This document shows positions 16,981 to 25,773 of a stretch of DNA of 27,731 bases, one piece after another. The DNA comes from Nitrosopumilales archaeon (lineage in GTDB: Archaea > Thermoproteota > Nitrososphaeria > Nitrososphaerales > Nitrososphaeraceae): the NCBI GenBank assembly GCA_044507735.1, contig JBIQJB010000025.1, positions 1 through 27,731 of the forward strand, in the 5' to 3' direction. The notes under the pieces were generated by a model that was given only the letters and a program-made list of their open reading frames with translations, did not search any database and was not told the origin of the DNA. Position numbers and translations under genes: made by a program. Every line of letters starts with the position of its first letter. Position 1 is the first letter of the stretch.

Positions 16981-17081
16981 TGATGATAAACCCCCGAGCT
17001 CCCCCTACACAAATACAGGGGTCATGTTAAAAAGCTTTGGTGATTAACCGGTAGCTATAACCGGTGTAATAAAGTTGAGCT

Positions 17082-18440
17082 CTAAAAAATTATCCTAGCC
17101 TTTAGAGAAAAGCTGGAAAAATCATAAACCTTTACGCGTTTTTTGTCGCCAAGTGGGATCTGATCCGGGTTTGGCACCAATACCACAGGCTTGTATGCAT
17201 AGTTCCTCCCCTGCACAACTTTACCAATCTCGTCGACAATGATCTCGCCCTCCCAGCCCTTCCAGCGAGAATTGCGCTTCTTTGCAATCCTTTTTGCAAG
17301 ACTATGGAGCGCTTCTGATCTCTCTTTGGCTACTTGAGAGCGAACCCGCATGCCTTTCCATTTTGCCGCTTCGGTACCCGGCCGTGCACCATAGCGGGAA
17401 ATGTTGACAACATCTGGCTCGGCCTTCTCGACAAGTTCGAGCGTCTGTTTGAAATCGTCTTCTGTCTCTGAAGGGAATCCTACGATAACGTCAGTTGAGA
17501 TTGTCATTTCTGGGATCTTGTTCCTGAATGCCCGTACTGTCTCAAGAAACGTCCTTGCAGTATGACCTCGCTTCATCTTTCTCAATATCTTGTCGCTTCC
17601 GCTCTCGACAGGAATGTGCAAGAATTTGAACAGCTTGTCGTTTTGCTGGAAGGTGGCAACGATCCGGTCCAGCATTTCTGGCATATACATTGGATTCATC
17701 ATTCCAAGTCTGATCTTAAAGTCGCCTTCCACAGAACAGCACGCATTGAGAAGCTCCACCAGGTCGGTATCCATGTCCTTGCCGTAGCAGCCGTTATCGG
17801 TTGATGTAAGCCACACCTCTTTGCAGCCGGCTTCAACATCATCCCTGACCTGCCTTGCGATATCACCTATTCTATAGCTCCGCAGCCACCCTTTGGCGAG
17901 CTTTGTCTGGCAGAATGTGCACTCGCTCATGCAGCCACTTGCTATCTCAACTATGCTGATTGCAGGATTGATTCTAACTCTTGGGATGTTGACTTTATCA
18001 GCAGGAGAATCCTCGAGCGCAACCAGGCGGGATCCAGAAAGTGCTGAAGCCACCACGGCTGGCGCTCTATCAATCGAGTGGGGCCCAAGCAGGCTTGCCG
18101 AAGAGCTCAGTGCTTCGACCTTTTCCCTGTCTGCCTTTGGCAGGCAGCCAGCGACCACAAGAGGCTTGCCCGATTTGCTCATTGCCTTGATCCTGCTGAC
18201 CATCCTGTGCTCCGTTGTGTCCTTGACGGAACACGTGACTATGAGGTTTAGCGCACTTTCGCTCTGCTTGCTTGCAATTTCATAGCCAGCGCCCTTCAAA
18301 AGTCCACTTATCATTTCCGAGTCTGCCATGCTTGCCGAACACCCGTATGCTTCCACCCACACTTTCGGCTTTGATCTCTTGTGAAGCATTGGGATCGACT
18401 CTATCAACGCGGGCTTGAGCGACCTCTTGGCAAACATCAT
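17082..18440 (-). CDS. mtaB: tRNA t6A37 methylthiotransferase (archaeal MtaB/CDKAL1-like radical SAM)
   Basis: UPF0004 cysteines (YGCSASMADSE, TCSVK, AGCLP), CMSECTFC cluster motif, TKLAKGWLRSY, RLGMMNP and a C-terminal TRAM-like domain. Confidence 0.9.
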   Translation of the reverse strand: MMFAKRSLKPALIESIPMLHKRSKPKVWVEAYGCSASMADSEMISGLLKGAGYEIASKQSESALNLIVTCSVKDTTEHRMVSRIKAMSKSGKPLVVAGCLPKADREKVEALSSSASLLGPHSIDRAPAVVASALSGSRLVALEDSPADKVNIPRVRINPAISIVEIASGCMSECTFCQTKLAKGWLRSYRIGDIARQVRDDVEAGCKEVWLTSTDNGCYGKDMDTDLVELLNACCSVEGDFKIRLGMMNPMYMPEMLDRIVATFQQNDKLFKFLHIPVESGSDKILRKMKRGHTARTFLETVRAFRNKIPEMTISTDVIVGFPSETEDDFKQTLELVEKAEPDVVNISRYGARPGTEAAKWKGMRVRSQVAKERSEALHSLAKRIAKKRNSRWKGWEGEIIVDEIGKVVQGRNYAYKPVVLVPNPDQIPLGDKKRVKVYDFSSFSLKARIIF

Positions 18441-18991
18441 TGTTGCAGGAGAGCAGTTAGATTAGATCCACTTAAAAAGCCTGCCGTCAGAGGCTCTTAC
18501 TGATTTTACCAATATAGTGGTGAAAAAAGCTCCCCGCCGCGCGCTACCCTGACTTGAAAGGAGATCGGGATTTTGCCAAGGATCTGCACAGTGCCACTTC
18601 CACATGGCTCAATACTGGACATCCTAGATCCAGAAGAAGAGCGAAGGAAATTTCCCAGAGGGGGAACTAGGAATGCCACGTTGCGGCAGATCGCACGCTC
18701 GCCTCGTTACATATCCAGCTCACTTCCCCAGCTGTTTGGTGACCACGTATCAGAACGAGCAGCACTCGTATTTGCAGACGACGCATGCATTCGCACAATC
18801 AAAAGCTAGTCAAGGTCTTGCCACCCGCAGAATGGCAAGATTTCGATAGGCAGCGGGATGCCGAGATTTTGCATTCGATATCACAGGGTTGCCTAGTCGA
18901 TCTTTAAGCGATGCCATCTGACTAGGAAAGCCGCGAACTTGTCGTTCAGAATTCATCAACCTCGAAACTCTCTAGGTCGCAAGCAGCTATA

Positions 18992-19360
18992 CTATTCGGA
19001 CTTGTGACGGTTCTGAGACCAGATCTCACTCAAGACTGCCACATAAGTAGTGACGAGCTCGCCACTTTCCATGCCTTCCCGGTTCTTCTCCAAGTCGTTT
19101 CCAATCGCCATAACAAGTTGCCGAGGCACCTTCAGGTGTTCGTTCATGTATATCAGGAGCGAATAGTACATCAGCTTCATGGTCTCTTCTCTTCGGCTGT
19201 CTGTGATCTTCATGTTTGACATGACGTTAGAGGCTATGAGCGAAAACTGTGGAGAAAGCAATGCTTTGTCCTGAGAGTCGCCAAGCCTGATCACCCCCAT
19301 GTAGATAAGGTCCTCGATAGCAGATGCGGTCTGTTCAAGCCTCTGGTGTTCTTCCGACAT
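18992..19360 (-). CDS. Hypothetical all-helical protein
   Basis: 122-aa ATG ORF with protein-like composition, co-oriented with the upstream gene. Confidence 0.8.
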   Translation of the reverse strand: MSEEHQRLEQTASAIEDLIYMGVIRLGDSQDKALLSPQFSLIASNVMSNMKITDSRREETMKLMYYSLLIYMNEHLKVPRQLVMAIGNDLEKNREGMESGELVTTYVAVLSEIWSQNRHKSE

Positions 19361-19391
19361 TAATGCTCTAGCTTGGCATACAAAGGTTATT

Positions 19392-19772
19392 TTAGATTGC
19401 CTTCATCACGGAGCGATAGGACGCGACAAATTCGGGATCCACGATCCCTTGCACCACGTAGGGCTTGCCGTCGGACAGTCGGATGTCCATTGCCACTGCA
19501 CTATATGGAATATCAAACTGATCCACCTTTTCCTGCTCGCTCACTTCAAAGAACTTGGTGCATTTGCCCAAGTCGCACGAGAATCCATAGATCTTTTCTA
19601 TGCGCCGATGACCTGAACCTGCTGCCCTTCCTCCAGCAGAGCCCCGTGATTCCTCGACCATGAGGATAAAGATCTCGTTCTTGGCCTGCTTGTCGTCCAA
19701 ATATACATCGTTTTGGGCCACCACTAGCTTGCGTTGCGGTAGCTGCAAAATGTCATCGATTGAATCCGACAT
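19392..19772 (-). CDS. Hypothetical protein with Gly-rich loop
   Basis: 126-aa ORF containing ESRGSAGGRAAGSGHRR between predicted beta strands. Confidence 0.8.
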   Translation of the reverse strand: MSDSIDDILQLPQRKLVVAQNDVYLDDKQAKNEIFILMVEESRGSAGGRAAGSGHRRIEKIYGFSCDLGKCTKFFEVSEQEKVDQFDIPYSAVAMDIRLSDGKPYVVQGIVDPEFVASYRSVMKAI

Positions 19773-19807
19773 CTGTGAATGTTAGTCGGATTGCACACTA
19801 TTTGTAA

Positions 19808-20437
19808 CTATTGATTTGGCTGGTCAACGACGGCATGGAATATGGACTGCTTGATGTCCATGACGGAAAGCAGCTTCTTCTTGACAATGGGGATGCGCTT
19901 AACACTCTTGACTGACGGAAGGCTCTGATATATCGCCACATACTCGTGCATAAAGTTGTGTGGCGCTATTTGCTTTGGCTTATTATTTTCATAATAATCG
20001 ACGTTTACAACGTGCATCCTCGAAAAGCTGACTAGCTTTGACACAACCTGATCGATTTCGCTTGGCAGTATATGAAGGAGAACTGATACCGCTATCACCA
20101 AGTCGTACTTCTTGTCAAGCTGAAGCGACTGTATGTCAGACTCCCTGAAGCGTATTTTGTCCGAATTTACATATCGCCGGGCATTTTCAAGCTGATCTGG
20201 CGAAATGTCCACTGCCAGGTATTCTTGTACGCCCGGAAAATTTGACAAGATTAGCTTTGAAATCCTTCCAAAGCCGCATCCCACCTCAAGGATAGTTTGA
20301 AAAGGAGGATCAATGGTCTTCAGATAATCAATAAGTGCCTCTTCCTGCAGCTGTTTTTCCGGGTCGTGCTTGAATTGATCCTTGTACACCTTGCCTCGGG
20401 CAAGCCAATATTCTCGCGGGTTGTAGCTATAAGTCAC
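19808..20437 (-). CDS. Class I SAM-dependent methyltransferase
   Basis: Motif I ILEVGCGFGR, AVDIS and YDLVIAVSVLLHI. Confidence 0.92.
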   Translation of the reverse strand: MTYSYNPREYWLARGKVYKDQFKHDPEKQLQEEALIDYLKTIDPPFQTILEVGCGFGRISKLILSNFPGVQEYLAVDISPDQLENARRYVNSDKIRFRESDIQSLQLDKKYDLVIAVSVLLHILPSEIDQVVSKLVSFSRMHVVNVDYYENNKPKQIAPHNFMHEYVAIYQSLPSVKSVKRIPIVKKKLLSVMDIKQSIFHAVVDQPNQ

Positions 20438-20569
20438 GCCAAAGTACGGCTAGACTCCATCTGTCTGGTTGATATGAATTTAGAATGCAAATTCCGGTAG
20501 AATGCATTCTAGCATAATCTACATTAATTCATAAAAGGAGCAAAGTCGGCTGCATTCTCGTATCGCCAC

Positions 20570-21457
20570 ATGCAGACAGATTCCTCTACGGACGAATATG
20601 CTACGGAACCAGCAGTAGTGAAGCCGGTCTTTATCATCGGGGCGCCGGGCTCTGGAACCACACTGATGTACAACACACTGTGCACACACAGAGACTTGGC
20701 GTATCTGACGCTTAACATGCTCAGGGCAGGCATTCACAAGCATGGCAGGCTTGTCGGCGATAGGAGAGCTGCGTTATACAAGATCAACAACTTCTTACAC
20801 AAGGACAAGGCATCCACGGTGCCACACGAGGCAAACGCGTTCTGGATCAGATATTTTGGGACCTATGACTACAAGACAGAGGACGACTATACGCCAGAGA
20901 TGAAGGCGCAACTGAGAAAGAACGTTGCTGCAGTGCAGAACCTCTGGAAGAGGCCCCGATTCATAAACAAGAACCTGCAACACTGTGTCAGGGTGAGGAT
21001 ACTTGATCGCATCTTTCCCGATGCAAAGTTTGTACACGTGATCAGGGATGGCAGGGCAGTCGCTTACTCAATCCTCAACAAAAAGGGCGAGGCAAATCCG
21101 ACAATGTTCCTGCTCAGCTTGAAGAAGATTCTTGGAGACAAGTACAGGGCGGACCGTTCGGAGCTGTTCAACTATGGCCAGGCATGGGCTGAACTTATCA
21201 GCAGGGCCAGAGAGGCAAGGGCATTTGGACCCGGCAGATACTGCGAGGTTCGCTACGAGGACCTGATAGCCAACCCCCGCGACGAATTCAACAGGGTCGT
21301 AAGCTTTTGCGAACTTGATTGGTATGGCGAATTTGAGAAGAACATCCCAAAAACGAGCAACATGAACACGAAATGGATGCAGAAGGCCAGTGACGACCAG
21401 AAAAGAGACCTTGAAGAATCAACTCAAGAACTCAGGAAGATCCTCGGAATGTCCTAG
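20570..21457 (+). CDS. PAPS-dependent sulfotransferase
   Basis: 5'-PSB loop FIIGAPGSGTTL, 3'-PB motif FPDAKFVHVIRDGRAVAYS and VRYEDLIANP. Confidence 0.92.
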   Translation: MQTDSSTDEYATEPAVVKPVFIIGAPGSGTTLMYNTLCTHRDLAYLTLNMLRAGIHKHGRLVGDRRAALYKINNFLHKDKASTVPHEANAFWIRYFGTYDYKTEDDYTPEMKAQLRKNVAAVQNLWKRPRFINKNLQHCVRVRILDRIFPDAKFVHVIRDGRAVAYSILNKKGEANPTMFLLSLKKILGDKYRADRSELFNYGQAWAELISRAREARAFGPGRYCEVRYEDLIANPRDEFNRVVSFCELDWYGEFEKNIPKTSNMNTKWMQKASDDQKRDLEESTQELRKILGMS

Positions 21458-21657
21458 CGCAGGTCCTCCACGTTCCACTGTTTCCTTGCCTTGTTTCTCC
21501 ATAGCCTCTTTATCGACCACGGTAGCCCAAATGTGAGGGGGATGAACAGGAAGAAGAAGTAGATCCCATAGAAAGCAAGGACAATAGTGGCCAATATTGA
21601 CCCTGCAGAGAGGATGACGATCAGAATTGGTAAGAGCCTTCTGTCTTTGCTCTGCAT
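21454..21657 (-). CDS. Small membrane protein
   Basis: One or two TM segments and a basic tail. Its stop overlaps the sulfotransferase stop. TTATAA at ~21690-21695. Confidence 0.7.
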   Translation of the reverse strand: MQSKDRRLLPILIVILSAGSILATIVLAFYGIYFFFLFIPLTFGLPWSIKRLWRNKARKQWNVEDLR

Positions 21658-21759
21658 GACAATGGCAGCGACTATAACTCACAGATATCTTATAACGCTA
21701 ACTCCTTTCTTGAGAATTCGCAATAGATATTTAATATCATTGAGTTCGATAGTAAAATC

Positions 21760-22311
21760 ATGGTCAAGACAGAATCGTCACCTCAAGTTCTGAAAACGGG
21801 TAGCATGGCTCCTGATTTCACTTTAAAGGGAGTAGACGGCAAGATGCATTCCCTGCAAGATTACAAGAACAGCAAAACGACATTGGTGGTGTTCATCTGC
21901 AACCACTGTCCATATGTAAAGGCCAGAATTGGCGACATTGTAGAGCTGCAGAGCAAGTTCAAGCCTTCTGAACTTCAGGTGATTGGCATCAACAGCAACG
22001 ACCCAAGCTACAAAGACGAAGGCTTTGACAACATGGTGAAATTTGCAAAGGATTACAACCTCAACTTCCCATACCTGATTGACGAGACCCAGGATGTTGC
22101 GCGCGCCTATGGTGCGGTATGCACTCCAGACCCATTCTTGTTTGTAGATGGCAAGCTGGCGTTCCACGGCCGGATAAATGACGCCCTGGACCCCGAAGCA
22201 AAGCCTACTGTTCCGGTAATGGAGAACAATGTCCGCAAACTCCTGAGAGGAGAAAAGCTCGAAAAGGACTTTGATCCTTCGATTGGCTGCTCGATAAAGT
22301 GGAAGAACTAG
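21760..22311 (+). CDS. Thioredoxin-fold AhpC/TSA (PRX-like) protein
   Basis: APDFTL, FICNHCPYV, INSND, FPYLIDETQ, CTPD and GCSIKWK. Confidence 0.93.
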   Translation: MVKTESSPQVLKTGSMAPDFTLKGVDGKMHSLQDYKNSKTTLVVFICNHCPYVKARIGDIVELQSKFKPSELQVIGINSNDPSYKDEGFDNMVKFAKDYNLNFPYLIDETQDVARAYGAVCTPDPFLFVDGKLAFHGRINDALDPEAKPTVPVMENNVRKLLRGEKLEKDFDPSIGCSIKWKN

Positions 22312-22705
22312 CTGGTCGAGGATGGGGCAGGATATACCCACCTTTCATTTTTGGCGGTAGCGACTGCGATTTATGGGCACAAGGCCGGCCCTTTGGGAGG
22401 GGGTTAGCTTGCCGCTAACAGACCAGTCCGTAAGGCGGACCAAATTTTCATTCAAGATTGAAAAAAACCCGCCTTCTCTTTCTGTACACTGGTACCCGCA
22501 GAACGCTGCAATTGTTGCGTGCCTCTGCTGTCCGTATCACCATATACATATGCTGTTTTTGTCGGTCTATCACCATCGCCCCAACTGTGAGGACTTGCAG
22601 AGTGTGGCAAAATCCAAACATCTGTTAGCTACACATGATCTGGAGCCGCCAGCGACAGGAACAGCCAATGATAGTGAAGAAAGGCGCGGATTTGTTCAGA
22701 GTTAG

Positions 22706-24589
22706 TTAGCCATACTGGTATACGATCCCTTTTTCTCCCCTCGGATGGCGCCAGTCCGTGTCCCTGGCGCACGTGCCACACTCGATGCACGCCTCGTGTT
22801 GGAGTGTCACATTGCCTTCTCCTTCTTCCACGCTGTAGCACTTTGTCGGGCAGAGGGTCACCATCTTTTTCATAAAGTCGGATTTTGGGTGGAGCACCTT
22901 GATGTGCGAGAGCCTGTCGTCATCGTATTTCAGCCGGGCGATGCGTTTGGCCACCGTCGGAAGTGTCGGCTCGTACGTTGCGTTCACTGTACGGCCCATC
23001 TTTTCCGCCAGTTCCACAGGAACATGCACATATGTCTCCTCTGACTCCACAAGCGGCAGCAGTTTGTCGTAGCCCAGGATGTTCGCGACGCCAACCGCCA
23101 GGCCTCTCAGGGTGCCGCTCGACATCAACCGAAACACCATGCCATAGCGCTGACCGACGATGTCCTTTGGAACATCCTTCGCAGCGTCGAGGAATATTTT
23201 CAAGTAGTCCTTGTCTATCTCCCTCATGTCACGAGTATAGGGACTCTCTTCCACCAATTGGGAATAGTATTCGCCCAGGTATTGTTGGTCAAAGTTATTC
23301 CTGTCGATTGCCCTTGCGACTGCGTTGGCAGCCCTCACAGCATCGTCAATGCCTACATTCAGCCCCTCGATCCTTGGCCCGATAAAGACGCCCCTTCCAG
23401 CCGCGTCTCCGATAAACAACACATTCTTGTAGTACGGCTTTTTCATTGCGCAGCGCTTGCCATCAGGCACTAGCTTTGCAGAATATTCCAGTTCGACATA
23501 GTCAGTGACAAACTTGGTCCCGTACTTGCTTTCAAGTTCGTTTCGCACAAAATCCAGCCTTGATTTGATTTCTTCCTCGGTCTTGTACTTGCCACCTTCA
23601 ACCAGCTTTTTGCGGCCTGATTTAGAATACCAGGCATCTCGAAGCTCCGTCCAGTTCTTTATCAGCTTGCTACTTGCAAACTTTCTCCTAAGTTGCTCTT
23701 CCTTGGGCAAGTCCTTGTTGATCTCTTCCTTGATTGCCACTTCGTCCTTTACAAATTCAGCCACCATCGGGTTCTTCAGCAGCGCATTGACAAGTGCAGA
23801 AGGCTCTGCAGGCCGCGCCATCAATGAGTCATAGTGATAGACGGCCCCCACAGAGAGCGTGTCGCGGTTCGTATACACAAATCCCCCACCGATATGGTTG
23901 AGCGTGACATCGCCGGCAAACAAATGCGCTGCTCCCTCTTCAGGGCCGATGCCAAACCTCTGTTCTATGATTTCTTCTGGGACCTTGACTACCACCTTGA
24001 CTCCCTGGTACAGCTGCTCAGGCGTGAATTTTGGCCGCGCCCCGGTCATCTCTGCCACTTCAGAGTTGACGCCATCAGCAGCGATCACTGCTTTTGCCTC
24101 GAATGGGTCAAGCTCGTCAGTTTCAATTACAGTCTTGTTGTTGTTGTTTTTCTGCCACTGCACAGAGCGGACGTGCACGCCGGACACGATGCCTCCGCCC
24201 TGCTTTTCGGCGCTTTCGCCGGCGTTCCGGGCAAACCATGTGTTTAGCCTATTGAGCAGGACAGAACATCCAAAATTTGCCTGATATTCATGAGCAGCCG
24301 TCAGGTTCATGGTAAAGACCTTGTTTCCAGAAGTCGCATGCAACATGTATTGTGTTATCTTGCGTTCAATGGGCGCCTCTTGGAGGAATTCAGGATAAAC
24401 ATCTTCAACATTGTACGAACGGCCATGTTTGGGTTTTTTTGAATACAGTATTCCACCTGAAACGTTCTTGGTGCCAACCTGTCTTCCGGCCTCAAGAAGC
24501 ACCGCCTGCTTGCCAAGGGTCGACAGCTGCTTCAGTGCTGCAAGGCCGGCTGATCCGCCGCCGATTATGGCAACGTCATAACTTTCCAA
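22706..24589 (-). CDS. fixC: FixC-type FAD oxidoreductase fused to FixX-type ferredoxin
   Basis: IIGGGSAG, KNVSGG, ADGVNS, GGGFVYTNRDTLSVG, EYSAKLVPDG and GDAAG. C-terminal CPTKCY, CIECGTC and WRHPRGEKGIVYQYG are FixX-like. Confidence 0.9.
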   Translation of the reverse strand: MESYDVAIIGGGSAGLAALKQLSTLGKQAVLLEAGRQVGTKNVSGGILYSKKPKHGRSYNVEDVYPEFLQEAPIERKITQYMLHATSGNKVFTMNLTAAHEYQANFGCSVLLNRLNTWFARNAGESAEKQGGGIVSGVHVRSVQWQKNNNNKTVIETDELDPFEAKAVIAADGVNSEVAEMTGARPKFTPEQLYQGVKVVVKVPEEIIEQRFGIGPEEGAAHLFAGDVTLNHIGGGFVYTNRDTLSVGAVYHYDSLMARPAEPSALVNALLKNPMVAEFVKDEVAIKEEINKDLPKEEQLRRKFASSKLIKNWTELRDAWYSKSGRKKLVEGGKYKTEEEIKSRLDFVRNELESKYGTKFVTDYVELEYSAKLVPDGKRCAMKKPYYKNVLFIGDAAGRGVFIGPRIEGLNVGIDDAVRAANAVARAIDRNNFDQQYLGEYYSQLVEESPYTRDMREIDKDYLKIFLDAAKDVPKDIVGQRYGMVFRLMSSGTLRGLAVGVANILGYDKLLPLVESEETYVHVPVELAEKMGRTVNATYEPTLPTVAKRIARLKYDDDRLSHIKVLHPKSDFMKKMVTLCPTKCYSVEEGEGNVTLQHEACIECGTCARDTDWRHPRGEKGIVYQYG

Positions 24590-24591
24590 TG

Positions 24592-25773
24592 CTATTTCCT
24601 CACCTCTATCGCAGGCTTCTTTTTTTCAAGTTCCTCAAGCAAAAGTGGTATCACTTCTTCAATCCTGCCTTTTATGAAAATGTCGCACTCGTCCTTTATT
24701 GGCGATTCCTCATCGGGGTTGATTGCTACTACAAAACCGGACTCCCTCATGCCTGCGATGTGCTGCACGGCGCCGCTGATTCCTGCTGCAATGTACAGCA
24801 ATGGGGCCACCTTGCGCCCACTTGTCCCGATGACTCTGTCTGGGATCATGTATGTAGACCTTGTCCCCTCGCTCACTGCAAATGGCGTTTTGGATATCGG
24901 TAGGGAAATGCCGACCTCGGCATCCAGTTGCTTGGCGAGCTCGACCACGAGCTTGATGTTTTCTTCGGGCGCATCCTTGACTCCGCGTCCAAAGCTCACT
25001 ATGGCCTTCCTGCTATCAAAGTCGACTGCGCTCTTGACAATCTTTCTGCCGAGTATCTTCACCCGCAGATCGCGCTCATCAAACGTTGGCACATAGCTCA
25101 CCACCACCCCTTTCCTTGTTTCGTCGCGCTCGATTGGGGCAAATACGCCAGGGATTATGCTGCATGCCTGGGGATGGTATTCCCGCTCAATCGCAGGGTT
25201 GCGGTTGTCAAGGCACAGAATTGTAGTCCACAAAAATCCAGAAAAGTCTGGCCTGTACATTTCAAGCGTCCTCTCATACTTGATGGTTTGGCCCTTTGTC
25301 TTGTGCTCGTGTTTTATCTCCAGATCCTCGATTACGAGCTTGTTAATGTCAGATGCAAGTCCTGATTCCAGTTCTGCGAGGACCGTTGCTGACAGCTGCC
25401 TGCCAATGTTGTCTGCTGCAAAGAACATGTAGCGGGGCTTGACAAACTCGGGAGCATCAGAGAATTTGTTTGCCAAATCTCTGTTAGTCGCTATCTGGCT
25501 TATGACCTTCGTATCGACCAAGTTTCTATGATGTGCCAGCTCTGGGCTGTCCGCATAGATCACTGCGTCGGCACCATAGAATATCAGCTCTTCACACAGC
25601 TTGTGCACGTTGTGCCCCAGCACCACTGCCACCACCTTTTCGCTGGCAGAGTATCTCTTGTTGTACCCGTCCATCAGGCGTCGTGCTTCTCCAAGCATCT
25701 CGAGGCTGACAGGAATCGGCTTGCCTTCCTCATGCTCTATTACAACGTAAAGGTGCTGGTACTTGCTGTTCAC
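24592..25773 (-). CDS. etfA: Electron transfer flavoprotein alpha subunit (FixB/EtfA)
   Basis: VSLEMLGEARRL, YGAD, VSFGRGV and IGTSGRKVAPLLYIAAGISGAVQHIAGM. Confidence 0.93.
   Translation of the reverse strand: MNSKYQHLYVVIEHEEGKPIPVSLEMLGEARRLMDGYNKRYSASEKVVAVVLGHNVHKLCEELIFYGADAVIYADSPELAHHRNLVDTKVISQIATNRDLANKFSDAPEFVKPRYMFFAADNIGRQLSATVLAELESGLASDINKLVIEDLEIKHEHKTKGQTIKYERTLEMYRPDFSGFLWTTILCLDNRNPAIEREYHPQACSIIPGVFAPIERDETRKGVVVSYVPTFDERDLRVKILGRKIVKSAVDFDSRKAIVSFGRGVKDAPEENIKLVVELAKQLDAEVGISLPISKTPFAVSEGTRSTYMIPDRVIGTSGRKVAPLLYIAAGISGAVQHIAGMRESGFVVAINPDEESPIKDECDIFIKGRIEEVIPLLLEELEKKKPAIEVRK

Noticed and set aside
18441-18991. ORF 18573-18809 and scattered hairpins
   Set aside because: No motif, atypical composition and no clear promoter. 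Cannot be supported.
22373-22705. 110-aa ORF with Cys/His residues
   Set aside because: No coherent ligand spacing or promoter. Likely spurious.
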